A stretch of DNA of 64,000 nt. Source: a virus. Lineage: Duplodnaviria; Caudoviricetes. The position numbers were made by a program, and so were the translations under genes. The stretch's first letter is position 1. Every line of letters starts with the position of its first letter. This document shows positions 20,762-31,400 of this stretch, piece after piece. Under the pieces are notes generated by a model. It was given only the letters and a program-made list of their open reading frames with translations. It ran no database searches and was not told where the DNA came from. The stretch covers positions 31,639 to 95,638 of the IMG/VR virus record IMGVR_UViG_3300012910_000003; one strand, written 5' to 3'.

Positions 20762-22228
20762 ATGTCAACAATTCATATAAAAGAAAAAAACAAAGGTAAG
20801 TTTACAGCTTACGCTAAAGCTCATGGTAAATCAGTTCAACAAATGGCTAGTACTATACTAGCTAATAAAGATAAATATTCCCCTACAATAGTCAAAAGAG
20901 CAAATTTTGCTAGAAATTCTAAGAAATTCCACCATGAAGAAGGTACTAAATCTTTAAGTTACAATAAAGGTTGTAAGTATAAAATGAAATCAGGTACTAG
21001 AAAAATAGAAACTGAAGGTAGAGAACCTGTGTTTGATAAAGATAATAATTTAGTATATTATAATCCTAATGATCCTACTCATAAACAAGGTGGTGTTGAA
21101 TCATTAGTAGTTGCTAATGGGAAGTATACTCCTGAACAATTATTAAGAATAAATATGACCTCTAAGGTTAAATTATTACCTGAGGGTAGTAGTATCATTA
21201 CTGCTAATAATGGATTGAACAGAGAGGCTATAAATGCCTATAAACAAGGAGATATGGGTAAGCTTAATAGTATTAAAAAAGAAATGCCAACTGATAAAGC
21301 TAAAACAGGTAAATATAATCTTAAAAAGTATCAAACTGGTACTAAAGCTACTAGAGGAGGTACAGGTTATTATCAAGTAAGTCCTGAAGAATTAAAAGCT
21401 AGAAAAGATGCTGAGATGAATAACTATGCTCAAGCTAGAGGTAATTTTGGGGATATTCAAGATTCTTATGATTCTCAGAAACAATATTCTAATTTATATA
21501 ATGATCAAAAAAATAGTTGGTTAGCTCAAAATCAGTATTCTCCTAACTCTGTTTTAGAACCTAACAAGACTACTAATCAAGTAGATAATTCTAACTTAAC
21601 TAATTTTGCTAAAACAACAGGTAGACTAGCTAGTGTTTATGGTACTACAACTCCTATTTGGCAAAATCTAGCTTTAGGTAAACAAAAACCAGAGTTACAA
21701 CAAAGAAATTATCTTAATAATGTTTCACTAAATGATGCTTATAATATAAGTCCTCAAATACAAAACATTAATAGTGTTTATAATAATCAAGCTGGTATAG
21801 TTGCTAATACTGTAGGAACTGCTCAAAATAGAAATGCTTTACAACAATCTATTTTAAATAGTAAAAGAGGTGCTACTAATGAAGTATTAGCTAATAAAGC
21901 TAATTATAGAGCTCAACTTAGAAACCAACAATTAATGAATAATCAAACTATTAATGAAAAGAATCTTAATCTTAAGAATCAATATAATATGTTTGATGAA
22001 CAAGCTAGAGCTAAAGTACAAGATGCTACAACTAAAGCAGCTTCTCAAGTAGGAGCTTTTACAGGAGATGCTGTAAACTATCTTAATAAGTATAAGCAAG
22101 ATGATATTAATAAGAGTTATACTAAACAATATTTTGACACTTTAGAAAATAATCCTAGTTTATTAAAGTATAAAACTAAAACAGAAAATACTGCTAAAAA
22201 AGGTAAGTATAAAATTAAGAGTAAATAA
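20762..22228 (+). CDS. Ejection/cargo protein
   Basis: IHIKEKNKGKFT...KRANFARN N-domain, ETEGRE, H.QGGV; Q/N-rich coiled coil. Confidence 0.65.
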   Translation: MSTIHIKEKNKGKFTAYAKAHGKSVQQMASTILANKDKYSPTIVKRANFARNSKKFHHEEGTKSLSYNKGCKYKMKSGTRKIETEGREPVFDKDNNLVYYNPNDPTHKQGGVESLVVANGKYTPEQLLRINMTSKVKLLPEGSSIITANNGLNREAINAYKQGDMGKLNSIKKEMPTDKAKTGKYNLKKYQTGTKATRGGTGYYQVSPEELKARKDAEMNNYAQARGNFGDIQDSYDSQKQYSNLYNDQKNSWLAQNQYSPNSVLEPNKTTNQVDNSNLTNFAKTTGRLASVYGTTTPIWQNLALGKQKPELQQRNYLNNVSLNDAYNISPQIQNINSVYNNQAGIVANTVGTAQNRNALQQSILNSKRGATNEVLANKANYRAQLRNQQLMNNQTINEKNLNLKNQYNMFDEQARAKVQDATTKAASQVGAFTGDAVNYLNKYKQDDINKSYTKQYFDTLENNPSLLKYKTKTENTAKKGKYKIKSK

Positions 22229-22229
22229 G

Positions 22230-22237
22230 TATATTTG
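22230..22237 (+). promoter_or_regulatory. Bacteroidota -7 promoter element
   Basis: TATATTTG in a 26-nt intergenic gap. Confidence 0.65.
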
Positions 22238-22254
22238 TATAAATAACAATAATT

Positions 22255-24306
22255 ATGGCAGTAAGTAGGTTTAGTAATTTAGCAGAGTATACTCCATTTG
22301 ATCCTTATGTACCTACACAAGCAGAAATGTATGGTAAGGTTAGAGAAGTTGGTTATAATGATTTACTAGCTAAAAAACAATTAGATGATGCTTCCCATGC
22401 TAAATTAGGTGAAGTAGGTACTCTATTAAATCAATTTAGACCAAGTGAGACATTTAATACTTATCTACAAGATAAAACTGCTGTAGTTAATAGAAATAGA
22501 CTTCATGATGATTATCAAAATATAGCAATTGATTTAGCTAATAAACAAGAAGAATTAGTTAATAAACATGCTAATAATTTAAGTACACCTGAAGCTCAAA
22601 AAGATTTTAATGATTATCAAAACTATGTAAATAGAGCAGTAGGTCAACTAAAATCTATTAAAGAGTCAGATGATACTCTTAAAAAATCACAAGATGAATT
22701 AGCTAAACAATTAGCTGAGGGTGATGTAGGTAATATAGATGGTTCTTTATCTCAAGCTAATAGAGACTTTTTATCTCATTATAGTACTAATAGTCAATTA
22801 GGTAATCTTTATAATAAGAATCTTATAACAGGTACTAAAATTATTGATAACTCTAAAAAGATTAAAGATTATATAGGTGATAATATGACCTTTATAAGAA
22901 AAGATGATGTATTAGGTAAGTTGGGGATAAGAACTGTAGATGATATATTACCAGTTTTACAAGATAGTAAAACTAGTTATGAGACTAAACAGAGACTAAG
23001 TTCTCATTTACAATCATTAGCTAATAACTATATTACTGAGAATCAAGGTGCTGTAGCTAACCATGCTAAACAGATTATGTATGATCAATCAGTTATAAAT
23101 CCTGATAAACCTATATCTCAAGAGGAGGCTTATAAACAAGCAGAACAACAAGTTAGAAATAGATTTAATCAATTTATTATTGATGATAGAAAGATTGGTA
23201 GAGACCTTAATACTAAATTATTATCAGATGAACAAGCTAAAGGTTCTGGTAAAGGTGTTTATAGCCCTACAAGAGATATTTCTATTATAGAGAATCCTTT
23301 GATGGATAGTAATGTTAAACCAGAAGTATTTGATTTAGATGATAAGGGTAATCTTAAAACTGAGTATACTACTACTAAAATGAGAACTGTTAAAGATGAG
23401 TTTGGTGTTAGAGATAAAGTTCCTACTAAAATTACTAGAACTCTAACAGCTTCTACTCCTCAAGAATATTCTAAATTACTATATGATAACGAAGCATTTA
23501 GAAATGTACTTAATGCTGAAGGTGTTAATATAGTAGGAGATGTTAAATCTACTGATATACCAAAAATACAAAAAGCTTTAAAAGATAATAAGGAGAGGGT
23601 TTATAATAACTTACAATTAGCTACTAATGGTTATGATGCAGTACAATTAAATGTGCCTAAGTTAGATCAAACTATGAGTAATCAAATTAATGCTACTACC
23701 TTAAGATTTAATAAAGATCAAACACTACCTAAAGATCTTCCTCAAAAAGATACTAAAACTGGTAGTATGGATGGTAGTACTTTTAATGATTGGTTGGCAG
23801 GTAAATATAATGTTAAAATACAAACTGATAATATATTAGCTGCTACAGGTCAATTAGGTAAACCTGTTGGTTTAAAAAGAACTGTTATATACCAAGATGA
23901 AAAAGGAGGTCCTTCTAAAAAGTTAGATATTTATCAAGATAGTCCTTTTAAAGATATCAATGATAATCCTGACTATAATGCTTTAAATGAAATTACTAAG
24001 TATACTTCTAGTGGTAAGGATGCTAGTCAAGTTAAAGTTCCAACTAATAAAGGAGATTATATCTTTGAACTAAAAAGAACTCCTAATAATCAAACTAAAA
24101 CTTATGATTATTCAGGTAAGGTATATGATCCTATTACTAGAACTTGGAGTTCTTATGAAGACTTTAAAAAGGCTTCTACAGTAGGAATTCTATTAGATGT
24201 ATTAAAGAATTCAGAAGGTGTTGGTAGATCTTTTACTAAAGATGATATAGGACAAGTAGAAAATATGTATAATAATAGTAATAATTTAACCTCAGAAGAA
24301 GAATAA
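22255..24306 (+). CDS. Ejection/cargo protein
   Basis: 683 aa, SRF...YTPFDPYVP N-terminus; coupled (TAATG) to the next gene. Confidence 0.6.
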   Translation: MAVSRFSNLAEYTPFDPYVPTQAEMYGKVREVGYNDLLAKKQLDDASHAKLGEVGTLLNQFRPSETFNTYLQDKTAVVNRNRLHDDYQNIAIDLANKQEELVNKHANNLSTPEAQKDFNDYQNYVNRAVGQLKSIKESDDTLKKSQDELAKQLAEGDVGNIDGSLSQANRDFLSHYSTNSQLGNLYNKNLITGTKIIDNSKKIKDYIGDNMTFIRKDDVLGKLGIRTVDDILPVLQDSKTSYETKQRLSSHLQSLANNYITENQGAVANHAKQIMYDQSVINPDKPISQEEAYKQAEQQVRNRFNQFIIDDRKIGRDLNTKLLSDEQAKGSGKGVYSPTRDISIIENPLMDSNVKPEVFDLDDKGNLKTEYTTTKMRTVKDEFGVRDKVPTKITRTLTASTPQEYSKLLYDNEAFRNVLNAEGVNIVGDVKSTDIPKIQKALKDNKERVYNNLQLATNGYDAVQLNVPKLDQTMSNQINATTLRFNKDQTLPKDLPQKDTKTGSMDGSTFNDWLAGKYNVKIQTDNILAATGQLGKPVGLKRTVIYQDEKGGPSKKLDIYQDSPFKDINDNPDYNALNEITKYTSSGKDASQVKVPTNKGDYIFELKRTPNNQTKTYDYSGKVYDPITRTWSSYEDFKKASTVGILLDVLKNSEGVGRSFTKDDIGQVENMYNNSNNLTSEEE

Positions 24307-27300
24307 TGGCTGATTATAATGAATTATTACAAAGAGTATTAAGTAGTTCTCAACAAGCTAAAGAAGAAACTATAGGGCAAAATGTTGAGTCTTTTGGTAA
24401 ATTAGATTCTCAATATCAACCTACTAGTAGAACTACTGATCCTAATGAGTTTGCTGCTTTAAATCAAACTGGTTTAGATAAGACAGGTAATATTATTGGT
24501 AGAGGTTTAAATACTTTTGTAGGTGGTGTATTAGGTACTGTAAGTTTACTTCATGATATACCAGCTAGTGTGTTTACTTCTTTAACAGGAGATAAATCTA
24601 AAGGTGATAATCAAGGTTGGGATTATTTTATGAATGATTCTTGGGGTGCTAATGTAGCTAAATTACAAGAAGATATTAATAAAGAAGTTCCTTTATATCA
24701 AACTTATAAAGATTCTCAAACTCCTTTTACTTTACAAAATGTAGCAGATGGATTTACTCAAGGATTAGCTTTTATAGGAAGTGCTTATGTAGGTGGTGGA
24801 ATTACTGGTAAAATATTAAATCAAGCTGCTAAAGTAAGTAGATTAACTAGTATAGGTAAACTTAATCTTGTTAATCCTAATAAGTTAGCTAGTTTAGGTT
24901 TGGATAATAAAGTAGCAGGAATATTAACTAATTATATAGATAAGTCTAAAACTATTGGAGGTGCTGTATATAATAGAGCATTTGAATCTACTTTAGAGGC
25001 TAAAGGTACTGGACAAGAGTTAAGAGGTAATTTAGAGGCTGAAAATGAAGATTATTATAATCAAACTGGTACTTATAAATATAGTGAGGATGATATAGAT
25101 AATAGAGTTAGACAAGCTGAAAAACTTAACTTTGGGTTTAATTTAGCTTTAGGTTTAGTAGATGCTTATCAAAATGTTAAATTATTTAAAGGATTTAATA
25201 CTGATATTACTAAAGCAGCTTCTGGTAAAATAGATAATGCTATAGAAGAAATGATAGCTAGTAAATCATTACTATCTAAAGGTATAGGTTATACTGCTAA
25301 AGTTGGTAGAAAAGCTGGTGCTTTAACTAGTACTGGTTTAGCTGAAGCTGGTGAAGAATTAGCTCAATATAGTTCTAATAAATTATCTCAAGATTTAGCT
25401 ACTAATAATTATACTAAAGATGATTGGGATAATTTCCCTAATCTACTTAAGAATATAGTAGGTAAAATGGGTGAAGATATTATTAATGATCCTAATGCTC
25501 AATTTAGTGCTTTAATAGGTGGATTAGTAGGTGCTCCTATGGGGTTAATAGCTAACCAAGCTGAAGCTAAAAGAGAAGAATTAATACAAGCTCAAAAACA
25601 AGTGGCTAAACAATCTTTAATAGAAAAAACTACTTTAGCTGGTTTATATAAAATAAAACATGCTCAAGATACTAAAACTAAAGTAGAAGGTGAGATACAA
25701 GTTAGATTTGCTAATGATAAGGGTTTTCAACAAACTGTATTAGATCAATTAGATGGGGATAATTTTGATGGGTTAATTACTGATTTAGAATCTAAAAAAG
25801 AAACTACTAATGATGAATTAAAAACATTAGGTATACAACCTAGATATAATCCTATTACAGGTCAAGAAATTAAACCTTCTGAAACTATTAATGAGGCTAT
25901 AGAGTCAGCTAAAAAGATTAGAAATATTCATCAAAATGTTAATTTAAACTTTGCTAAACAATCTTCTGATATAAGAAGAAATATAACTTCTATTATATCT
26001 GATAGTGAGTATTTTGATAAAAAGATTAATATAGTTCAAGATAATATAGTAAATACTATCAATAAGTATATTACTAACCCTAATATCCTACCTAAGATAT
26101 TAGAAACTAATCCTGACTTATTGAGTAAACCTATATTAGATCATTTAGGTGAATATGTTAATACTATAGAGAAGTCTCTATCAAAAAGTAATTTATCTTT
26201 TGCTAATATTGATATACAAGATAAAGACTTAATTGAAAAGCATTTAGAAGAATTATCTCAACTTAAAAAACATAAAGAAGATACTATTAATCTTTACAAT
26301 AAGTATAAGGATCAAACTTTTATAGATAAGCAAGAAGCTAAGATTCAGAAGAATATTGAAGCTTTAGAAAACCCTAAAGAAGAAACAGTTATTATTTCTC
26401 AAGAAGCTAATATAAGCCCTTCTGAAACATTATCTCCTGAAGTTAAACCTACTACTCCAACTAAGACTAAACCTGTTGAAATAGATGATATAGATAGTTT
26501 ATTTGATTCTATAAGCACAAGTGAGAAGTTTGAGGGTTCTGATGAAGGGTTTATTAAAAATGTAGAAGATATAGGAGAAGATATTTCCTTTGATCAAAAT
26601 GACTTATTTAGTGGTATTACTCCTGTAGATATAAAACCAGAAGATTTAATAGCTACTGATATAGCAGATAAACCTATTACTGAAACTAAAGAATCTAGAA
26701 AGTTATCTACTTTTACTGAAGAGGCTACTGATAATGATAAGTTTAATTATGAGCAGTATACTTCTATTAAAGATTCTAAAGGTAATATCTATAAAGAGCC
26801 TAACTTTGAAGAATTACAGAAAGTACAAAAAGATGATATATTGACTATTAAAGGATTAGTAGCTAATACAGTTGCTAAAACTAATTATGGTTTATTAGGT
26901 ATATTTAAAGGAGATACTTGGTTATCTACTATTAGAATCACTCAAGGAACTAATCAAGAAGCTACTAATGAATCTAAAAAGATTTATAAGGAAGTATTCA
27001 ATACTGATAATGTTGTATTAGGAGATAATAAACCTGTTAAAGAATTTACTTTTAAATCACCTTATATATCCCTTAGAGAAATTAATGTTGGTACTGATCT
27101 TATTGACTTGGATAACTTAGAAGCTGATTCTGCTCTTTCTAAAAAGATAATAAAAGAAAATAATATACCAACTATTATTAGGGTTAAATCACCTAAAGAA
27201 GCCACTACACCAGTTGTAGTTTTAGGTAATAAAGAAATACCTACAACAGATATATACTTTGGTAATTTAACTTCTGGTGATACTTATGTATTAAGTGAAA

Positions 27301-28427
27301 AAGCTAATTCTACAGAAGGTAATAAGTACATTGCTTTGCCTCTTAGTATTAAAACATTAGGTGAAACTTCTATAGGTAAAGAATTATTAACTTCTATAGA
27401 TCAGTTAAAAATAGATATAAATAATATTAAATCTACTGATAAAGATTCTGAAGCTAAAAGAAATGAAGCATTTAATAAATGGTTAGAAACTAGATCTTAT
27501 ATAAGTAGTTTAATTAAAATAGTTAACTCTGATAAAGATTCTATTGGTAAATCAGACAGAATAGTTGATTTAAAAATGGATATTAACAATAATAAAGAAG
27601 TTCAAATATCTATTACTACTCAATATACAGAGAATAAAAAAACTGTTAAGAAAGAAGCTGTTGTTGATTTATTAAGCAAAGATGTTGATTCTCAGTTAGA
27701 TAAGTTTAAATCTATATTATTAGATGTTAAACATTCTTTAAGTATTGAAGGATTTAATAACTTAAGCTTCTTGTCTCAAGAACAAGTATATAGTCAAGTT
27801 AAAGACTTTTTACAAACTAAAGTTAATCCTGATAAACCATTTAAAGGAACTAAAATAACTGTACCCTACTTTGATGAATTAGAATCTAGTAAAGTAATTA
27901 AAGATCCTGAAATAATTCTTCAGAATAGTGTAAAAACTGTCAAACCTATAGAAAAACCTAGTTTAAAAAATCTTGATATTTGGGCTCAAAGAAATACTGA
28001 CTTAGAATTATTACTTTTCACACCTACAGATATGTATGAAAAGTATACCACTCTTTACCCAAATGAAGGGTTAGAAGATCCTTATAAGTATAAAAAAGCA
28101 TCTAATGAGTTTTATAAAGCTGTAGATAATATAAGGAATAAGATTGATGAGTATTATATTAAACAGGTAAATCAAAGGGAAACTACAACTAATAAATATT
28201 CTAATAGATCTTTTTCTAATAAAGTATTTGATGAAGTTAAGTTAAATAATATGATGGAAGGTAAATCTCCTAAAACTATTCAAGAAGTTGATAAGTTTAA
28301 AAGAGAGTTTCTTACTAAACTTAAAGCAGATAATACTAAATACAGTAATATGTTACCTCAGATGCAAGTATTTTTAGAGGAATATATTAAATCTGATGGT
28401 AAGACTGAGTTAAAGAAACCTTGTTAA
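24306..28427 (+). CDS. Large ejection protein with N-terminal membrane-like segments
   Basis: 1373 aa; Gly-rich hydrophobic helices, EAGEELAQ motif; directly upstream of the virion RNAP. Confidence 0.7.
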   Translation: MADYNELLQRVLSSSQQAKEETIGQNVESFGKLDSQYQPTSRTTDPNEFAALNQTGLDKTGNIIGRGLNTFVGGVLGTVSLLHDIPASVFTSLTGDKSKGDNQGWDYFMNDSWGANVAKLQEDINKEVPLYQTYKDSQTPFTLQNVADGFTQGLAFIGSAYVGGGITGKILNQAAKVSRLTSIGKLNLVNPNKLASLGLDNKVAGILTNYIDKSKTIGGAVYNRAFESTLEAKGTGQELRGNLEAENEDYYNQTGTYKYSEDDIDNRVRQAEKLNFGFNLALGLVDAYQNVKLFKGFNTDITKAASGKIDNAIEEMIASKSLLSKGIGYTAKVGRKAGALTSTGLAEAGEELAQYSSNKLSQDLATNNYTKDDWDNFPNLLKNIVGKMGEDIINDPNAQFSALIGGLVGAPMGLIANQAEAKREELIQAQKQVAKQSLIEKTTLAGLYKIKHAQDTKTKVEGEIQVRFANDKGFQQTVLDQLDGDNFDGLITDLESKKETTNDELKTLGIQPRYNPITGQEIKPSETINEAIESAKKIRNIHQNVNLNFAKQSSDIRRNITSIISDSEYFDKKINIVQDNIVNTINKYITNPNILPKILETNPDLLSKPILDHLGEYVNTIEKSLSKSNLSFANIDIQDKDLIEKHLEELSQLKKHKEDTINLYNKYKDQTFIDKQEAKIQKNIEALENPKEETVIISQEANISPSETLSPEVKPTTPTKTKPVEIDDIDSLFDSISTSEKFEGSDEGFIKNVEDIGEDISFDQNDLFSGITPVDIKPEDLIATDIADKPITETKESRKLSTFTEEATDNDKFNYEQYTSIKDSKGNIYKEPNFEELQKVQKDDILTIKGLVANTVAKTNYGLLGIFKGDTWLSTIRITQGTNQEATNESKKIYKEVFNTDNVVLGDNKPVKEFTFKSPYISLREINVGTDLIDLDNLEADSALSKKIIKENNIPTIIRVKSPKEATTPVVVLGNKEIPTTDIYFGNLTSGDTYVLSEKANSTEGNKYIALPLSIKTLGETSIGKELLTSIDQLKIDINNIKSTDKDSEAKRNEAFNKWLETRSYISSLIKIVNSDKDSIGKSDRIVDLKMDINNNKEVQISITTQYTENKKTVKKEAVVDLLSKDVDSQLDKFKSILLDVKHSLSIEGFNNLSFLSQEQVYSQVKDFLQTKVNPDKPFKGTKITVPYFDELESSKVIKDPEIILQNSVKTVKPIEKPSLKNLDIWAQRNTDLELLLFTPTDMYEKYTTLYPNEGLEDPYKYKKASNEFYKAVDNIRNKIDEYYIKQVNQRETTTNKYSNRSFSNKVFDEVKLNNMMEGKSPKTIQEVDKFKREFLTKLKADNTKYSNMLPQMQVFLEEYIKSDGKTELKKPC

Positions 28428-28433
28428 ATTTAC

Positions 28434-28441
28434 TATATTTG
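28434..28441 (+). promoter_or_regulatory. Bacteroidota -7 promoter element
   Basis: TATATTTG in the 34-nt gap before the RNAP gene. Confidence 0.65.
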
Positions 28442-28461
28442 TATAAAATAAGATATTAATA

Positions 28462-31400
28462 ATGAAACAACAAGATTGTTTATTACCTATAGGAGTAGAT
28501 TTAAAGTGGTTAGAAGAAAAACTCCCACATATACCAGTTAATCTATTAGAAGATGTAGTAGATCTTACCCATAAATATGGTAAAGAAGCTTTAGGTGTAT
28601 TTACTAATGGAGTTATTGAATTAGCTAAGAATACACCTAAAGGTGTTGAGTATCATGAAGCATTTCATGCTGTATTTAATAGTTATTTAAGTGAAGATCA
28701 AAGAAATAAAATTCTTAAAGATACTAAGAAATCAGAAGAACAATTAGCTGATGATTTTGCTGATTATATTCTGTATAAAGTAAGACCTGAGTCTAACTTG
28801 TTAAATGATTTCTTTAAAAAGATTAAATTCTGGATTAAAGAAAAGTTAGGTCTTATTAATATTTATGATCTTTATAGTGCTATAGATAATAGTTATTTTG
28901 CTAATAAACAACCTTTTACTTATAAAGGTAATCCTAAGTTTAAAGAAAATATAGATTATATCTCAGAAGCTAATAAGATAGAAATAGTTAAATCAGTTAC
29001 TTATGATGTGTTAAATACTCTTATTAAAGAGAATAACTTATCTAATATATACTATTTAGATCTAGAAAATTATAAACCTTCTGATATAATAAGAGAGGTA
29101 AGAGACTGTTTACTAGCTTATAGTGAATCAGGTAATCCTATACTTGAAAGAATATCTAAAAGTAATAATCTAGTTAAATTAACTACTTTAACTCTTAGAG
29201 AGATTGAAAAGAATACTAATATATCTATAAAAGATATAGAAGATAATTCTGATTTATTAGCTGAAGAAGACTTTACACCAGAAATATGGGATCAATCTCC
29301 TTTTAAAAAAGATGTAAGTGATAAGTTTAGTACTGAATTTAGAATGTTTTTATCTACTATACCTAAAGTAGAAGTATTAAATGGTGAAATAGTTCCCAGT
29401 TTAAATAATTTTGGTATAGAAACTTATATGGATAGAGGTATAGTTCAAGTTGAACTATACAAAGATTTATCTAATGTAAATGATGTTGATAAAATGGTTG
29501 ATATTTTAAAATCTAAAATATCTGAAAAACCTTTTTACAAATATATAGTAGATGCTATAGAAGATACTAAAGATCAGAAGGTTATTGAAATTAATGATAA
29601 ACAGTATACTACCAATAACTTTAAGAATCAACTATTCTCTAATCTTAATAATTACTTTAATAGATTTATAAGTAATAATACTGATTATATAACTGGTGAT
29701 AATAAAACTCAATATATAAATACTAGATCTTATATAACTAATGATTCAGGTATTAATAATGAGATACTTAATCAATGGAGGAGTACTGTAAATAAAGAAG
29801 CTAATTTAGATGAGTTAATAAGTAAATATGGTGGTGAACTAGATAAGTTAACTGATAAAGGTATTCAAGAATTATATGAGACTCTTAATAAAGACTTTAA
29901 TATTGATATAGAGTTTGATACTATTTCTTTTTATAAAGATAAATCAAGTACTATAATATTAGGAGTTAAAGAGTTATTAGATAGTAATCAAGATCTTGGT
30001 AAGAATAGTAATGTAAGAAGATTAGCTACTAAAGATAGTGAGTATAAACAAGTTAATAATACTACTATTACTAGAAAAGCTGGTGATAAATTATTTGTAG
30101 TAGGTAATTATACTCCTGCTAAAAAGTTAAGAGTTAATTTAACTAAACCTGATTTCTTAAAAAGTCTAAAATTAGATCCTTTATATAAGATAAATAGATT
30201 ATTTGATCCTTCTACTCAAATATTTACTTTAGAGTCTGATAATATAACTGATGTAGATTCTGGTGATTCTAATTCTTTAGGTTATCAAGAGATGGAAGAA
30301 GTACAGTGGGAATTAAATAGACTCCATAGTTACTTTAATAATGAAGATTTAGGTAAAGATAGGTCTCAACAAATAGGTACAGTACCTTTTGTAACTCCTT
30401 CTGATGCTAGTAATATTGAAGTATTTAATATTCAGAAAAGAACTTGGATATTAAATGAAGCCCAATTAAAACAATATAAAATAACAGATAGATATTTACC
30501 TATTAAATCTCACTTGTTTGATTCAATTATATACCCTGAATTTGAGAGAATAAAGGCTGTTAGAGCTATTAATAATTATATTCAATACTTAGATCTGCAA
30601 ATTAAAAATAGTAGCTCTGAAGAAGAAAAACAAGGTTATATAGATGAGAAAGTAAACTTAGAGATTAAAAACTGGAATAAGAATGGTCAATTCTTTATGA
30701 TGTTTCCAGAGTTAAATACTATTCTTACAGATCAGTTATTAACTCTTGATAAAGAAAAACTTAAAGATGTAGTATACCCTATATTAGAACAATCTCTAAA
30801 AGAGTCTTTAACTATTGATTTTAACCATTTTAGTGATTTAGGTATAGTAACTGGTAAAGGAAGTACTTTATTATTTAATAGTCAGATAGTTGATAGTAAT
30901 CTAAGTAAACTAGCTTTAGGTTCTGAAAATGGTAAATTATGGTTACTTAATTACTTTATGGAAAGGTATGTAGCCAATACTGAAGCTACTATGTTACAAT
31001 GTGGTGATTTAGCTTTTTATAAATCAGCAGTTGATAAGAAAGGTAATATTGATATAAATCAGTTAATATCTTCTACCCATACAGATGCTAATAAAAGATC
31101 TAAACAAGCTCAAGTACCTTCTAGAAGTACTGTAGATGCTAATTATGATGTTATGTTTGTAGAGTCATTAACTGCTAAATCTGAGTATTTTGATGCTTAT
31201 AAGAATATATTAGGGGATCTTTGTAATGATAAAACTTATGGAGGTATTGATAGAACTGATGCTGCTACTTTCTGTACTATAGAAAGAGCTATTCAAATAT
31301 TTACTCTTAAAGGTAAAGATGGTGAGGAAGCTTTAAATGCTTTAAAAAGAATAGCAGAAGATGGTGATATAACTAGTAAAGAAGATATTAACTTTGTTAT

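Noticed and set aside
28425-28462. Readthrough fusion of the giant cargo genes
   Set aside because: Gaps (34 nt here, 16 nt at 34447-34462) are out of frame, this one contains a promoter element, and no slippery site was evident.
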